Shown piece by piece: positions 30,197 through 38,363 of a stretch of 64,000 bases of DNA. Source of the DNA: Armatimonadota bacterium (GTDB lineage: Bacteria; Sysuimicrobiota; Sysuimicrobiia; Sysuimicrobiales; Kaftiobacteriaceae); the NCBI GenBank assembly GCA_037440005.1, contig JBBIUY010000011.1:1-64000 (forward strand), given 5' to 3'. The notes under the pieces were generated by a model. The model made no database searches. It was given only the letters and a program-made list of their open reading frames with translations, and was not told the origin of the DNA. The stretch's first letter is position 1; every line of letters begins with the position of its first letter. The translations under genes were made by a program, and so were the position numbers.

Positions 30197-30679
30197 GTGG
30201 TCTCTGTGGCCCAGGTGACGGCGACGGCGGTGATCCGGGCTCCCCTGCAGGAGGTGTACCGGCAGGCCCAGGACGTGGAGGCGTTTCCCTCCTTCATGCC
30301 CGACCTGCAGTCGGTCCGGGTCCTGGCCCGGGAGGGGAACCGGACGGTCACCGAGTGGGTGGGCGTGATCCAGGGCCGGCGGGTGCGCTGGGTGGAGGAG
30401 GACGAGTGGGACGACGTCGCCCACCGGTGCGCCTTCCGCCAGCGGGAGGGGGACTTCACCCGCTACGAGGGCGTCTGGACGTTCGCGCCCGTCCCCGAGG
30501 GCACCCGGACCACGCTGACGGTGGACTTCGAGCTGGACCTGCCCCTGGCGGGGCCGTTGCTGTCTACCCTGCTGCGGACCCTGGTGCGCAAGAACATGGA
30601 GAGCATGCTGGAGGCCCTGCGCCTCCGGCTGGAAGGGGGCGCCGGGGCGTCCCCGTCACACCGTGGGGGAGGTGGATGA
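30197..30679 (+). CDS. SRPBCC/START (polyketide cyclase/Coq10-like) family protein
   Basis: APLQEVY..DVEAFPSFMP, GDFTRYEGVWTF. Confidence 0.85.
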   Translation: MVSVAQVTATAVIRAPLQEVYRQAQDVEAFPSFMPDLQSVRVLAREGNRTVTEWVGVIQGRRVRWVEEDEWDDVAHRCAFRQREGDFTRYEGVWTFAPVPEGTRTTLTVDFELDLPLAGPLLSTLLRTLVRKNMESMLEALRLRLEGGAGASPSHRGGGG

Positions 30680-30819
30680 TGCGCGCGGTGGTGGACCATC
30701 TGGTGGCGGCTGTACGCGCCCGCCTGCGCGACGAGCGCGGGCAGGACGTGATCGTCGTCCTGCTGATCATCTTCCTCATCTGGCTGCTGGTCACGGGCCG
30801 GCAGGTCGTGGTCCAGTAG
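30676..30819 (+). CDS. 47-aa membrane peptide with Flp/prepilin-like leader
   Basis: GGAGG RBS; MMRAVVDHLVAAVRARLRDERG-QDVIVVLLIIFLIWLLVTGRQVVVQ. Confidence 0.65.
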   Translation: MMRAVVDHLVAAVRARLRDERGQDVIVVLLIIFLIWLLVTGRQVVVQ

Positions 30820-30828
30820 CGGCGGGGC

Positions 30829-30862
30829 GGCCTTAGGGAGCGTCCCTCCCTAAGGCCTTTTT
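30829..30862 (+). terminator. Intrinsic terminator
   Basis: GGCCTTAGGGAG-cgtcc-CTCCCTAAGGCC followed by TTTTT. Confidence 0.9.
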
Positions 30863-30936
30863 GTGCCGCCGGGGGGGCAGGGTGTCGGGGGAGGCGAGAA
30901 CCCGCCGGGTCGCGGGCGGACACTATAGGAGATACC

Positions 30937-32055
30937 ATGCAGCAGCCGTCCACATCCGTCAGGCCCATCCCGCTGGCCCGCCCGCTGATCTCCGAGGACG
31001 ACCGGCGCCGGGTGCTGCAGGTGCTGGAGTCGGGCCAGCTGGTGGCCGGGCGCCAGGTAGCCGAGTTCGAGCAGGCCTTTGCCCGCTACCTGGGCGTCCG
31101 GGAGGCGGTGGCCACGTCTTCGGGCACCACCGCCCTGCAGGTGGCCCTGGAGGCCTGCGGCATCGGCCCGGGGGACGTGGTGGTCACCACCCCGTTCACC
31201 TTTGCGGCCACCAGCAACGCCGTCCTGCACGCGGGCGCCCGCCCGGTGTTCGCCGACGTGGACCCCCGCACGGGCAACCTGGACCCCCAGGCGGCGGAGG
31301 ACGCGGTGCGGCGGCACCGGGCGCGGGCGATCCTGTGCGTGCACCTGTACGGGATGCCCTGCGACATGGACGCCCTGGTCGAGATTGCCGCCCGCCACGG
31401 GGTCCTGCTGCTGGAAGACTGCGCCCAGGCCCACGGCGCGCGTTACCGGGACCGCCCCGTGGGCACCTTCGGGGCGGCGGCCATCTTCAGCTTCTACCCC
31501 AGCAAGAACATGACCACCGGCGAGGGGGGCATGGTGGTCACCGACGACCCGCAGGTGGCCGCCCGGGCGCGGCTGCTGGTCAACGTCGGCCAGCGGCCCG
31601 GGGACGACTACGTCTACGAGGTGGTGGGCCACAACTTCCGCATGACCGACATCGCCGCGGCGCTGGGCGTCGGGCAGCTGCAGCGCCTGGACGGGTGGAA
31701 CGCCCGCCGGCGGGAGCACGCCGCCCGCTACACCGCCGCCCTGGCCTCCCTGGGGTGGGTGGTGCATCCGCCGGAGCCGCCGGGGACGTGGCCGGTGTAC
31801 AACACCTACACGGTGCGCGTGCTGTACGACCGCCCGCGCCTGATGGAGGCCCTGCGGGCGGCCCAGATCGCCTGCCGGGTGTACTACCCGTCCCTGGTCC
31901 CCCACTCGCCCGCCTACCGGCGGCTGGGGCTGGACGGCCGCTTCCCGGCGGCCGAGCGGCTGACCCGGGAGGTGCTCTCGCTGCCGGTGCACCCGGCGCT
32001 GGAGCCCCAGGACGTGGACCGGGTCATCGACGTGGTGACCGGGGTGCGGCCGTGA
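30937..32055 (+). CDS. DegT/DnrJ/EryC1/StrS sugar aminotransferase
   Basis: SSGTTAL, EDCAQAHG, FSFYPSKNMTTGEGG. Confidence 0.93.
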   Translation: MQQPSTSVRPIPLARPLISEDDRRRVLQVLESGQLVAGRQVAEFEQAFARYLGVREAVATSSGTTALQVALEACGIGPGDVVVTTPFTFAATSNAVLHAGARPVFADVDPRTGNLDPQAAEDAVRRHRARAILCVHLYGMPCDMDALVEIAARHGVLLLEDCAQAHGARYRDRPVGTFGAAAIFSFYPSKNMTTGEGGMVVTDDPQVAARARLLVNVGQRPGDDYVYEVVGHNFRMTDIAAALGVGQLQRLDGWNARRREHAARYTAALASLGWVVHPPEPPGTWPVYNTYTVRVLYDRPRLMEALRAAQIACRVYYPSLVPHSPAYRRLGLDGRFPAAERLTREVLSLPVHPALEPQDVDRVIDVVTGVRP

Positions 32056-32068
32056 GGAGGGAAGGGCG

Positions 32069-33004
32069 GTGAGCCGCCGGATCCGGGTCGCCGTGGTGGG
32101 GCTGGGCCAGTGGGGCCGCCACCACGCCCGCATCTACGCCGGCCTGCCCGACGTGGACCTGGCGGCGGTGGTGGACGTGAACGAGGCCGAGATGCGGGCC
32201 GTGGCCCAGCGGTACCGCACCAGGGGCTACACCGACTACCGGGAGGTCCTGGGGCGGGTGGACGCCGTCAGCGTGGTGGTGCCGACCCACCTGCACTACG
32301 AGGTGGCCCGCGCGTTTCTGGAGTCCGGGGCCCACGTGCTGGTGGAGAAGCCTATGACGAGCACCCTGCCGGAGGCCACCGCCCTGGTGGACCTGGCCCG
32401 GCGCCGCGGGCTCATCCTGGCCGTCGGCCACGTGGAGCGCTTCAAGCCGGCAGTCCGGCGGCTGGTGGAGCTGGCCCGGGAGCCGCTGTTCATCCAGGCC
32501 CGGCGGGTGCGCCCCTATGACCGGTCCCGCACCATGGACGTGGGCGTGGTCATGGACCTGATGATCCACGACATCGACATCGCCCTGGCGCTGGCCCGCA
32601 GCCGTCCGATCCAGCTGGGCGGGCTGGCGGTGCGGGTGCACAACAGCCACGAGGACCTGGCGGTGGCCCACCTGACCCTCGCCTCCGGCTGCCGGGCCTG
32701 GCTGCTGGCCAGCCGGGTCTCCGCCCACAAGGCGTCCGAAATCGAGGTGGTCACCCCCGACCGGGTGGTGCGGCTGGACTACCTGCGCCAGCGCCTGGCC
32801 GTGCACGGGTTTGCGGGAGAGGTGGAGGAGCACGAAGAGGTGCACGGCGAGGAACCCCTGCGGGCGGAGCTGGCGCACTTCGTGGCCTGCGTGGCCGGGC
32901 GGGACCGGCCCCTGGTGACCGGGGAGGACGGCCGGCAGGCTCTGGAGGTGGCGCTGCAGCTGCTGGCGCAGATGACCACCCTCGCCGCCCCGGTGCGGGT
33001 GTAG
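32069..33004 (+). CDS. Gfo/Idh/MocA oxidoreductase (GnnA/WbpB-like)
   Basis: VAVVGLGQWG, VLVEKP, GHVERF, DLMIHDID. Confidence 0.9.
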   Translation: MSRRIRVAVVGLGQWGRHHARIYAGLPDVDLAAVVDVNEAEMRAVAQRYRTRGYTDYREVLGRVDAVSVVVPTHLHYEVARAFLESGAHVLVEKPMTSTLPEATALVDLARRRGLILAVGHVERFKPAVRRLVELAREPLFIQARRVRPYDRSRTMDVGVVMDLMIHDIDIALALARSRPIQLGGLAVRVHNSHEDLAVAHLTLASGCRAWLLASRVSAHKASEIEVVTPDRVVRLDYLRQRLAVHGFAGEVEEHEEVHGEEPLRAELAHFVACVAGRDRPLVTGEDGRQALEVALQLLAQMTTLAAPVRV

Positions 33005-33022
33005 GCCGCGTCTCGGCGCCGG

Positions 33023-33430
33023 ATGTCGGAGACGCCCGTGGAGTGGCGCACCGTCTCCGTCCGCACCCGAGCCCGGGTGCAGATCGTCGACATCACCGAT
33101 CGGGTGGCCGAGGCGTGCCCTGCGGACGCGTCGGGTCTGGCGGTGGTGGTGTGCCCCCACACCACCGCCGGCGTGTGCGTCAACGAGGCCGAGCCCCACC
33201 TGCTGGCGGACCTGGAGCGGTGGCTGGAACGGCTGGCGCCCGCCGACGCCGCCTACGCCCACAACCGGGTCGACGACAACGCCGACGCGCACCTGCGGGC
33301 GATCCTGCTGGGCCACTGCGTCTGCGTGCCCCTCCAGGGAGGGCTGCGGCTGGGGCGCTGGCAGCGCATCCTGCTGGTGGAGCTGGACGGGCCCCGCCAG
33401 CGCGACGTGCTGGTGGCGGCGCTGACATGA
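33023..33430 (+). CDS. yjbQ: YjbQ (UPF0047) family protein
   Basis: HTTAG..NE, NADAHL, LGRWQ, ELDGPR. Confidence 0.9.
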   Translation: MSETPVEWRTVSVRTRARVQIVDITDRVAEACPADASGLAVVVCPHTTAGVCVNEAEPHLLADLERWLERLAPADAAYAHNRVDDNADAHLRAILLGHCVCVPLQGGLRLGRWQRILLVELDGPRQRDVLVAALT

Positions 33431-33460
33431 CCCCGGCCCGGGACGTCCGGGCCGGGCGGT

Positions 33461-33694
33461 TCAGGGGTGGACCACCACGCAGGTGACCACCCGGCGCACG
33501 CCCTCGATCCGCTGGACGGCCGCCGCCACCGCCGGGAACCCGCGGGTCTCCTCCTGCTCGGCCACGGCGATGACGTCGAACTCCCCCATGGTGACGTGAG
33601 CCGCCACCACCCCGGGGACCGCGCGCACCTCCCGGGCCACGGCCGCCGGGGTGCTGCGGTCCAGGGCGATCAACAGGTAGGCCACCTCGGCCAC
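33461..33694 (-). CDS. Stand-alone Lrp/AsnC ligand-binding domain protein
   Basis: AYLLI...PGVVAAHVTMGEFDVIA...IEGVRRVVTCVV; start trimmed to GTG 33694. Confidence 0.8.
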   Translation of the reverse strand: MAEVAYLLIALDRSTPAAVAREVRAVPGVVAAHVTMGEFDVIAVAEQEETRGFPAVAAAVQRIEGVRRVVTCVVVHP

Positions 33695-33735
33695 GGCCCC
33701 TGTGTTCGGGCGGGGGGCGGGGAGTTCCTGCGGCG

Positions 33736-33764
33736 TTGACAGCGCCGACCCCCGGGGGTAGCAT
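33736..33764 (+). promoter_or_regulatory. Sigma70-type promoter of the FMN-like riboswitch leader
   Basis: TTGACA-N17-TAGCAT. Confidence 0.75.
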
Positions 33765-33783
33765 GGGCGCGGAAGCACCGAAG

Positions 33784-33948
33784 TCCCGCAGCCTTACGGG
33801 GCAGGGTGACTCCGCCTCCGGCGGGCGCCGGAGGTCGGGGAATTCCCGATCGGCGGTGACAGCCCGTGAGGCGCGGCGCGCGCCGCGCCGTGGCCCGGTG
33901 GAATTCCGGGGCCGACGGTATAGTCCGTATGAGGTGAAGGCTGCGGGA
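33784..33948 (+). ncRNA. FMN (RFN)-class riboswitch, variant
   Basis: GGGGCAGGGTGA..AATTCCCGATCGGCGGT..AGCCCGTGA..CCGGTGGAATTCCGGGGCCGACGGTATAGTCCG; 12-bp P1 33784-33795/33937-33948. Confidence 0.9.
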
Positions 33949-33968
33949 GCCGGCGCCTGAGTGCCCCC

Positions 33969-34000
33969 AGGACGCCCGAGTTCGGGCGTCCTTTTGATTT
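33969..34000 (+). terminator. Riboswitch expression-platform terminator
   Basis: AGGACGCCCGA-gt-TCGGGCGTCCT then TTTGATTT. Confidence 0.85.
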
Positions 34001-34029
34001 GGCGCCGGGGGCGGAGGAGGGAGACCGAG

Positions 34030-34545
34030 ATGACTACCCGGCAGCTGACTCTTACGGCGCTGCTCATCGCTCTGGTGGCCGCCGCGACCCTGGTGATCCG
34101 GATCCCGGTGCCGGCGACCCAGGGCTACATCAACCTGGGAGACTCGATGGTGTACGTGTCGGCGCTGCTGTTCGGCCCCGTCACCGGCCTGCTGGCCGGC
34201 GGGGTGGGGTCGGCGCTGGCGGACCTGATCGGCGGGTACGGGCAGTTCGCGCCCTACACGCTGGTCATCAAGGGGCTGGAGGGGCTGGTGGTGGGCTGGC
34301 TCGCCCGGCGCCTGGGCGGGAAACTGGCGTCGGCCGCCGACCTGGCCCGGGCCGCGGCGGCGGTGGTGGCCGGCGGGGTCCTGATGGTGGCGGGCTACTA
34401 CGTGGCGGAGGCGTTCGTGCTGCGCCTGGGGCCGGCGGCGGCCGCTGCCGAGGTGCCGGGCAACATCTTCCAGGTGGTGGGCGGCCTGGTGGCGGCCCTG
34501 CCTGTGTCGGTGGCGCTGCGCCGGCTGGTCGTCTCCGCGCCCTGA
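34030..34545 (+). CDS. ECF transporter S component (COG4720-like)
   Basis: IPVPATQGYINLGD, GGVGSALADL..GY..FAPYTLVIKGLEG; strong RBS. Confidence 0.88.
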   Translation: MTTRQLTLTALLIALVAAATLVIRIPVPATQGYINLGDSMVYVSALLFGPVTGLLAGGVGSALADLIGGYGQFAPYTLVIKGLEGLVVGWLARRLGGKLASAADLARAAAAVVAGGVLMVAGYYVAEAFVLRLGPAAAAAEVPGNIFQVVGGLVAALPVSVALRRLVVSAP

Positions 34546-34551
34546 CGGCCC

Positions 34552-35589
34552 GTGTCCGGGCCCGACCTCCGCGGCAGTCCCAGCGCGGCCCGCCCCCTGC
34601 GCTCCGGCAAGGTCCCCGCCGAGCTGCTGCGCTCTGTTGTCTTTTCCCACCTGGGAGCCCGGCGGTCCGATGTGCTGGCGCGGGCGGGGATCGGCGAGGA
34701 CTGCGCCGCGGTGGACCTCGGCGAGGCGGTGTGCGTGGTCACCTGCGACCCCATCACCGCCGCCTCCCATCACCTGGGCCGCCTGGCGGTGCACGTGGCC
34801 TGCAACGACCTGGCCACCACCGGGGCGGAGCCCGTGGCCCTCCTGCTGACCCTGCTCCTGCGCGAGGGAACCACCTCCCAGGAGCTGGAGGCCGTCGTGG
34901 CCGACGCCGGGCGGACCGCGGCGAGCCTGGGCGTGGAGATCGTGGGGGGCCACACCGAAGTCACCCCCGGGATCGACCGCACGCTGGCCGTGGTGACCGC
35001 CATCGGCAGGGTCCGCCGGGGCGCGATGGTCTCGGCGGCGGGCGCGCGGCCCCACGACGCGGTCATCCTGACCAAGGGGGCCGCGATCGAGGGGACGGCC
35101 ATCCTGGCCTCCGACCTGGCGGACCGGCTGCGGCCCGTCCTGGGGGAGGAGGGGCTGGCGCGGGCCCAGGCGTTCATCGAGCGGATCAGCGTCGTGCCCG
35201 AGGGACGCGCCGCCTCCCGGGCCGGCGCCACCGCCATGCACGACGTGACCGAAGGCGGCGTCCTGGCCGGGGCGTGGGAGCTGGCCGAGGCCAGCGGGAG
35301 GGGCATCGTCCTGCGGGCTGACGACGTGCCGGTGCTGCCGGAGACCCAGGCCATCTGCCACGCCCTGGACCTGGATCCGCTGGCCCTGATCGGCAGCGGG
35401 GCGATGCTCATCTGCACCCCCGACCCGCGCGGCATGCTGGCTGCCTTGGCCGAGGCCGGCGTCCCGGCCGCCGAGGTGGGGGTCGTGACCGAGGGGGAGC
35501 GGGTCCTGGTGCGGGCCGGCCGGGCCCGTCCGCTGGTCCTCCCCGACCGCGACGAGATCTACCGGGTCCTGGAACGTCCGCCGGAGTAG
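34552..35589 (+). CDS. AIR synthase (PurM/ThiL/HypE)-fold protein of unknown function
   Basis: GKVPAELL, GIGEDCA, DPIT, ACNDLA, GGHTE, MHDVTEGG. Confidence 0.88.
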   Translation: MSGPDLRGSPSAARPLRSGKVPAELLRSVVFSHLGARRSDVLARAGIGEDCAAVDLGEAVCVVTCDPITAASHHLGRLAVHVACNDLATTGAEPVALLLTLLLREGTTSQELEAVVADAGRTAASLGVEIVGGHTEVTPGIDRTLAVVTAIGRVRRGAMVSAAGARPHDAVILTKGAAIEGTAILASDLADRLRPVLGEEGLARAQAFIERISVVPEGRAASRAGATAMHDVTEGGVLAGAWELAEASGRGIVLRADDVPVLPETQAICHALDLDPLALIGSGAMLICTPDPRGMLAALAEAGVPAAEVGVVTEGERVLVRAGRARPLVLPDRDEIYRVLERPPE

Positions 35590-35613
35590 GGGCCGGACGG
35601 GGTCCGGGGTCTC

Positions 35614-35642
35614 TTGCGCGGGCCGCCGCCGGGGGCTAGCAT
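35614..35642 (+). promoter_or_regulatory. Sigma70-type promoter of the TPP riboswitch leader
   Basis: TTGCGC-N17-TAGCAT. Confidence 0.6.
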
Positions 35643-35660
35643 GAGAGCCGGAACCGCATA

Positions 35661-35793
35661 GCGGCGGGGAGCTCGGGGGGAGCCGGGCTGAGAGTACGCC
35701 GCCGTCGGACCGTCCCGGCGGGCGCCGGACGGGGCCGACCCCGGCGTAGACCCACAGGACCCGATCCAGGTAATACTGGCGTGGGGACGCAGC
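35661..35793 (+). ncRNA. TPP riboswitch
   Basis: GGGGAGC..GCTGAGA..ACCC..GACCCGATCCAGGTAATACTGGCGTGGGGA upstream of thiT. Confidence 0.92.
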
Positions 35794-35801
35794 GCGTGGA
35801 G

Positions 35802-35837
35802 AGCCGCCAGCCTGGCTCGGCTGGCGGCTGTCGTTTT
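35802..35837 (+). terminator. TPP riboswitch terminator
   Basis: AGCCGCCAGCC-tggctc-GGCTGGCGGCT then GTCGTTTT. Confidence 0.7.
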
Positions 35838-35873
35838 GCGTGCGCGACGCCTGCGAAGAGGGAGGGATCGCCG

Positions 35874-36413
35874 ATGGGAGCCGGTCGGAAGATATCGCCC
35901 CGGCTGGTCGCGGAGATGGGAGTCGCCATCGCGCTGGCCGCCGTCCTGCACCTGGTGAAGCTGTGGGAGATGCCCCAGGGAGGGTCGATCACCCTGGGGA
36001 CCATGGTGCCCCTGTTCGTGATCGCCCTCCGGCGCGGGCCGGCGGTGGGGGCACTGGCGGGCGCCGTGTACGGCCTGCTGGAAGGGTGGATCATCAGCGG
36101 CGGGCGGTTCTTCTACCACCCGGTGCAGGTGATCCTGGACTACCCCCTGGCCTTCGGATTGCTGGCGGTGGCCGGGTTCTTCCCCCGGTATCCCGCCTTC
36201 GGGGTGACGCTGGGGGCCCTGGCCCGCTACGCGTCCCACGTGGTCTCGGGGATCGTCTTCTTCGCCCAGTACGCGCCCGCGGGACAGCCGGTGTGGCTGT
36301 ACTCGCTGGGGTACAACGCCGCGTACCTGGGGCCGGACTTCGCGGTGGCCATCGTCCTGACGCTGCTGGTCTGGGAGAGGATCTCCCGGCTGTCCCCGCA
36401 GGTGGCCGCGTAG
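35874..36413 (+). CDS. thiT: ECF thiamine transporter S component ThiT
   Basis: MPQGGSI, HPVQVILDYPLAF, HVVSGIVFF, YSLGYN; TPP riboswitch upstream. Confidence 0.92.
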   Translation: MGAGRKISPRLVAEMGVAIALAAVLHLVKLWEMPQGGSITLGTMVPLFVIALRRGPAVGALAGAVYGLLEGWIISGGRFFYHPVQVILDYPLAFGLLAVAGFFPRYPAFGVTLGALARYASHVVSGIVFFAQYAPAGQPVWLYSLGYNAAYLGPDFAVAIVLTLLVWERISRLSPQVAA

Positions 36414-36420
36414 CCGGCCC

Positions 36421-37074
36421 ATGCACGCGGTGGTGGTGGCCGGGGGCCGGCCGGGGCCGGGAGCCTGGTGGGACCTCGCGGCCCGGGCGGACCTGGTGAT
36501 CTGCGCCGACGGCGGCGTGGATGCGGCGCGGTCCCGGGGGCTGGTCCCCCACCTGGTGGTCGGCGACTTCGACTCGGCGTCCGCCGCCGCGCTGGCCTGG
36601 GCCCGCCGACGCGGGGCCCGGCTGGTGCGCTATCCCCCGGACAAGGACAGGACCGACACCGACCTGGCCGTCGAGCACGCCCTGGCCGCCGGGGCGCGCC
36701 GGGTGGACATCGTGGGCGCCCTGGACGGGCGGGTGGACCACGCCCTCGCCAACGTCGGCCTGCTGCTCCGGGCCGCCCGGCGGGGAGTTCGCGCGCGATT
36801 GCTGCGGGGGCGGGCGGAGGTGTTCGTGGCCCGGGGCGGTATGCCTCTCCCCGGCCGCGCCGGCGACCTGGTGTCCCTGCTGCCCCTGTTCGGGCCGGCC
36901 GCGGGTATCACGACCGCGGGCCTGCGGTACCGGTTGCGCGGCGGCACCCTGCGTCCGGGGTCCACCCGCGGGGTCAGCAACGTGATCGTCCGGCCGCCGG
37001 CCGCCGTCACGGTGCGGCGGGGCTGGCTGCTGGTGGTGGTGACTCACCGCCGCGGGCTGTCCGCGGGCGCCTAA
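36421..37074 (+). CDS. thiN: Thiamine pyrophosphokinase
   Basis: ADGG, GDFDS, KDRTD, GRVDH, GVSN. Confidence 0.93.
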   Translation: MHAVVVAGGRPGPGAWWDLAARADLVICADGGVDAARSRGLVPHLVVGDFDSASAAALAWARRRGARLVRYPPDKDRTDTDLAVEHALAAGARRVDIVGALDGRVDHALANVGLLLRAARRGVRARLLRGRAEVFVARGGMPLPGRAGDLVSLLPLFGPAAGITTAGLRYRLRGGTLRPGSTRGVSNVIVRPPAAVTVRRGWLLVVVTHRRGLSAGA

Positions 37075-37102
37075 CGGCCGCCCGTGTATAATGAGGGCAC
37101 CG

Positions 37103-38020
37103 ATGGCACAGCTGCGGCGGTCCACCGACTACTGGATCCGGTCCGTCACCGACGACGGCGGCGTGCGCGCCATGGCGGCGGTCACCACCGCCACCGTGGA
37201 ACTGGCCCGCCGCCGGCACGGCACGGCGCCCACGGCGACCGCCGCCCTCGGCCGCGCCCTGACCGCCGCCGGGCTGCTGGGGGTCGCCCTGAAGACCGGC
37301 CAGACGGTGATGGTGCGCATCCTGGGCGACGGCCCTCTGGGCGGGGTGCTGGCCGCGGGCGACTGGGCGGGCGCCGTGCGGGGGTACGTGGCCAATCCCG
37401 ACGTGCACCTGCCCCTCACGCCCGCCGGCAAGCTGGACGTGGGCCGGGCGGTGGGGCGGGGGACATTGCACGTGACCCTGGACCTGGGGCTGCGCATGCC
37501 CTATCACGGCAGCGTCCCCCTGGTCTCCGGGGAGATCGCCGAAGACCTGGCGTCCTACCTGGTCATCTCTCACCAGATCCCCTCGGTGGTGGCCCTGGGG
37601 GTGATGGTGTCTCCCACCGGCCGGGTGGTGGCCGCGGGCGGGCTGATCGTGCAGGTCCTGCCCGGGGCCAGCGATCGGGTGGTGTCCTACCTGGAACAGC
37701 GGGCGCGCCTGCTGCCGGCGGTAACCTCCATGATCTCCCGCGGCCGCACCCCGGAGGAGATGGTCCGGGTGGCCCTGGGGGACCTGGGCGCGCGCGTGGT
37801 GGAGCGGGGTGTGGTGCGTTTCCGCTGCCGGTGCTCCCGGGCGCGGGTGCGGCAGGTCCTGGCCAGCCTGACCGCCGACGACCTGCGGGACCTGGTGGCC
37901 ACCCGGGGCCACGTGGAGGTCCGGTGCCACTTCTGCGGGGCCCGCTATCTCTTCGACGAGGACGACGTCGAGGACCTGATCGGATCCGCCCCCGCCCGGG
38001 CGGCACCCGCTCCCTGCTGA
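37103..38020 (+). CDS. hslO: Hsp33 redox chaperone (alternative start 37091)
   Basis: ALGRALT, SGEIAEDL, CRC...CHFC zinc motif; TATAAT at 37087-37092. Confidence 0.93.
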   Translation: MAQLRRSTDYWIRSVTDDGGVRAMAAVTTATVELARRRHGTAPTATAALGRALTAAGLLGVALKTGQTVMVRILGDGPLGGVLAAGDWAGAVRGYVANPDVHLPLTPAGKLDVGRAVGRGTLHVTLDLGLRMPYHGSVPLVSGEIAEDLASYLVISHQIPSVVALGVMVSPTGRVVAAGGLIVQVLPGASDRVVSYLEQRARLLPAVTSMISRGRTPEEMVRVALGDLGARVVERGVVRFRCRCSRARVRQVLASLTADDLRDLVATRGHVEVRCHFCGARYLFDEDDVEDLIGSAPARAAPAPC

Positions 38021-38047
38021 GGGGGAGGCAGCCGGCGCAGGCCGGGG

Positions 38048-38251
38048 CTACGGTGTGCGCTGCGGCGGCCGGCGCACGCGCCCGGAGGCCAGGCAGGTGG
38101 TGCACACCCGCAGGCGCCGGGGCGCGCCGTCCACCAGCACCCGGACCCGCTGCAGGTTCGGCGCGAACACGCGCCGGGTCCGGTGCTCGGAGTGGCTGAC
38201 CGAGTGGCCGAACGCCGGGCGCTTGCCGCAGATGGCGCACTGCCGGGCCAT
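38048..38251 (-). CDS. rpmB: 50S ribosomal protein L28 (zinc-binding form)
   Basis: MARQCAICGK..GHSVSHS..TRRVFAPNLQ..VCTTCL. Confidence 0.95.
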   Translation of the reverse strand: MARQCAICGKRPAFGHSVSHSEHRTRRVFAPNLQRVRVLVDGAPRRLRVCTTCLASGRVRRPPQRTP

Positions 38252-38363
38252 GATGTCCTCCTCGACCTGGTCCGGGCCGGAGCCCGGGCATCGGAGCCGA
38301 CGGCGATTGTACCACGTGGCCCCGGGCAAGGAAACCCCACCGGGGCGTAGAACACTGCCGCGA

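Noticed and set aside
34552..35589. HypE or ThiL assignment for the PurM-fold gene
   Set aside because: Lacks the HypE C-terminal PRIC cysteine; motifs (DPIT, GGHTE, MHDVTEGG) fit the uncharacterised PurM-like group better, so left unnamed.
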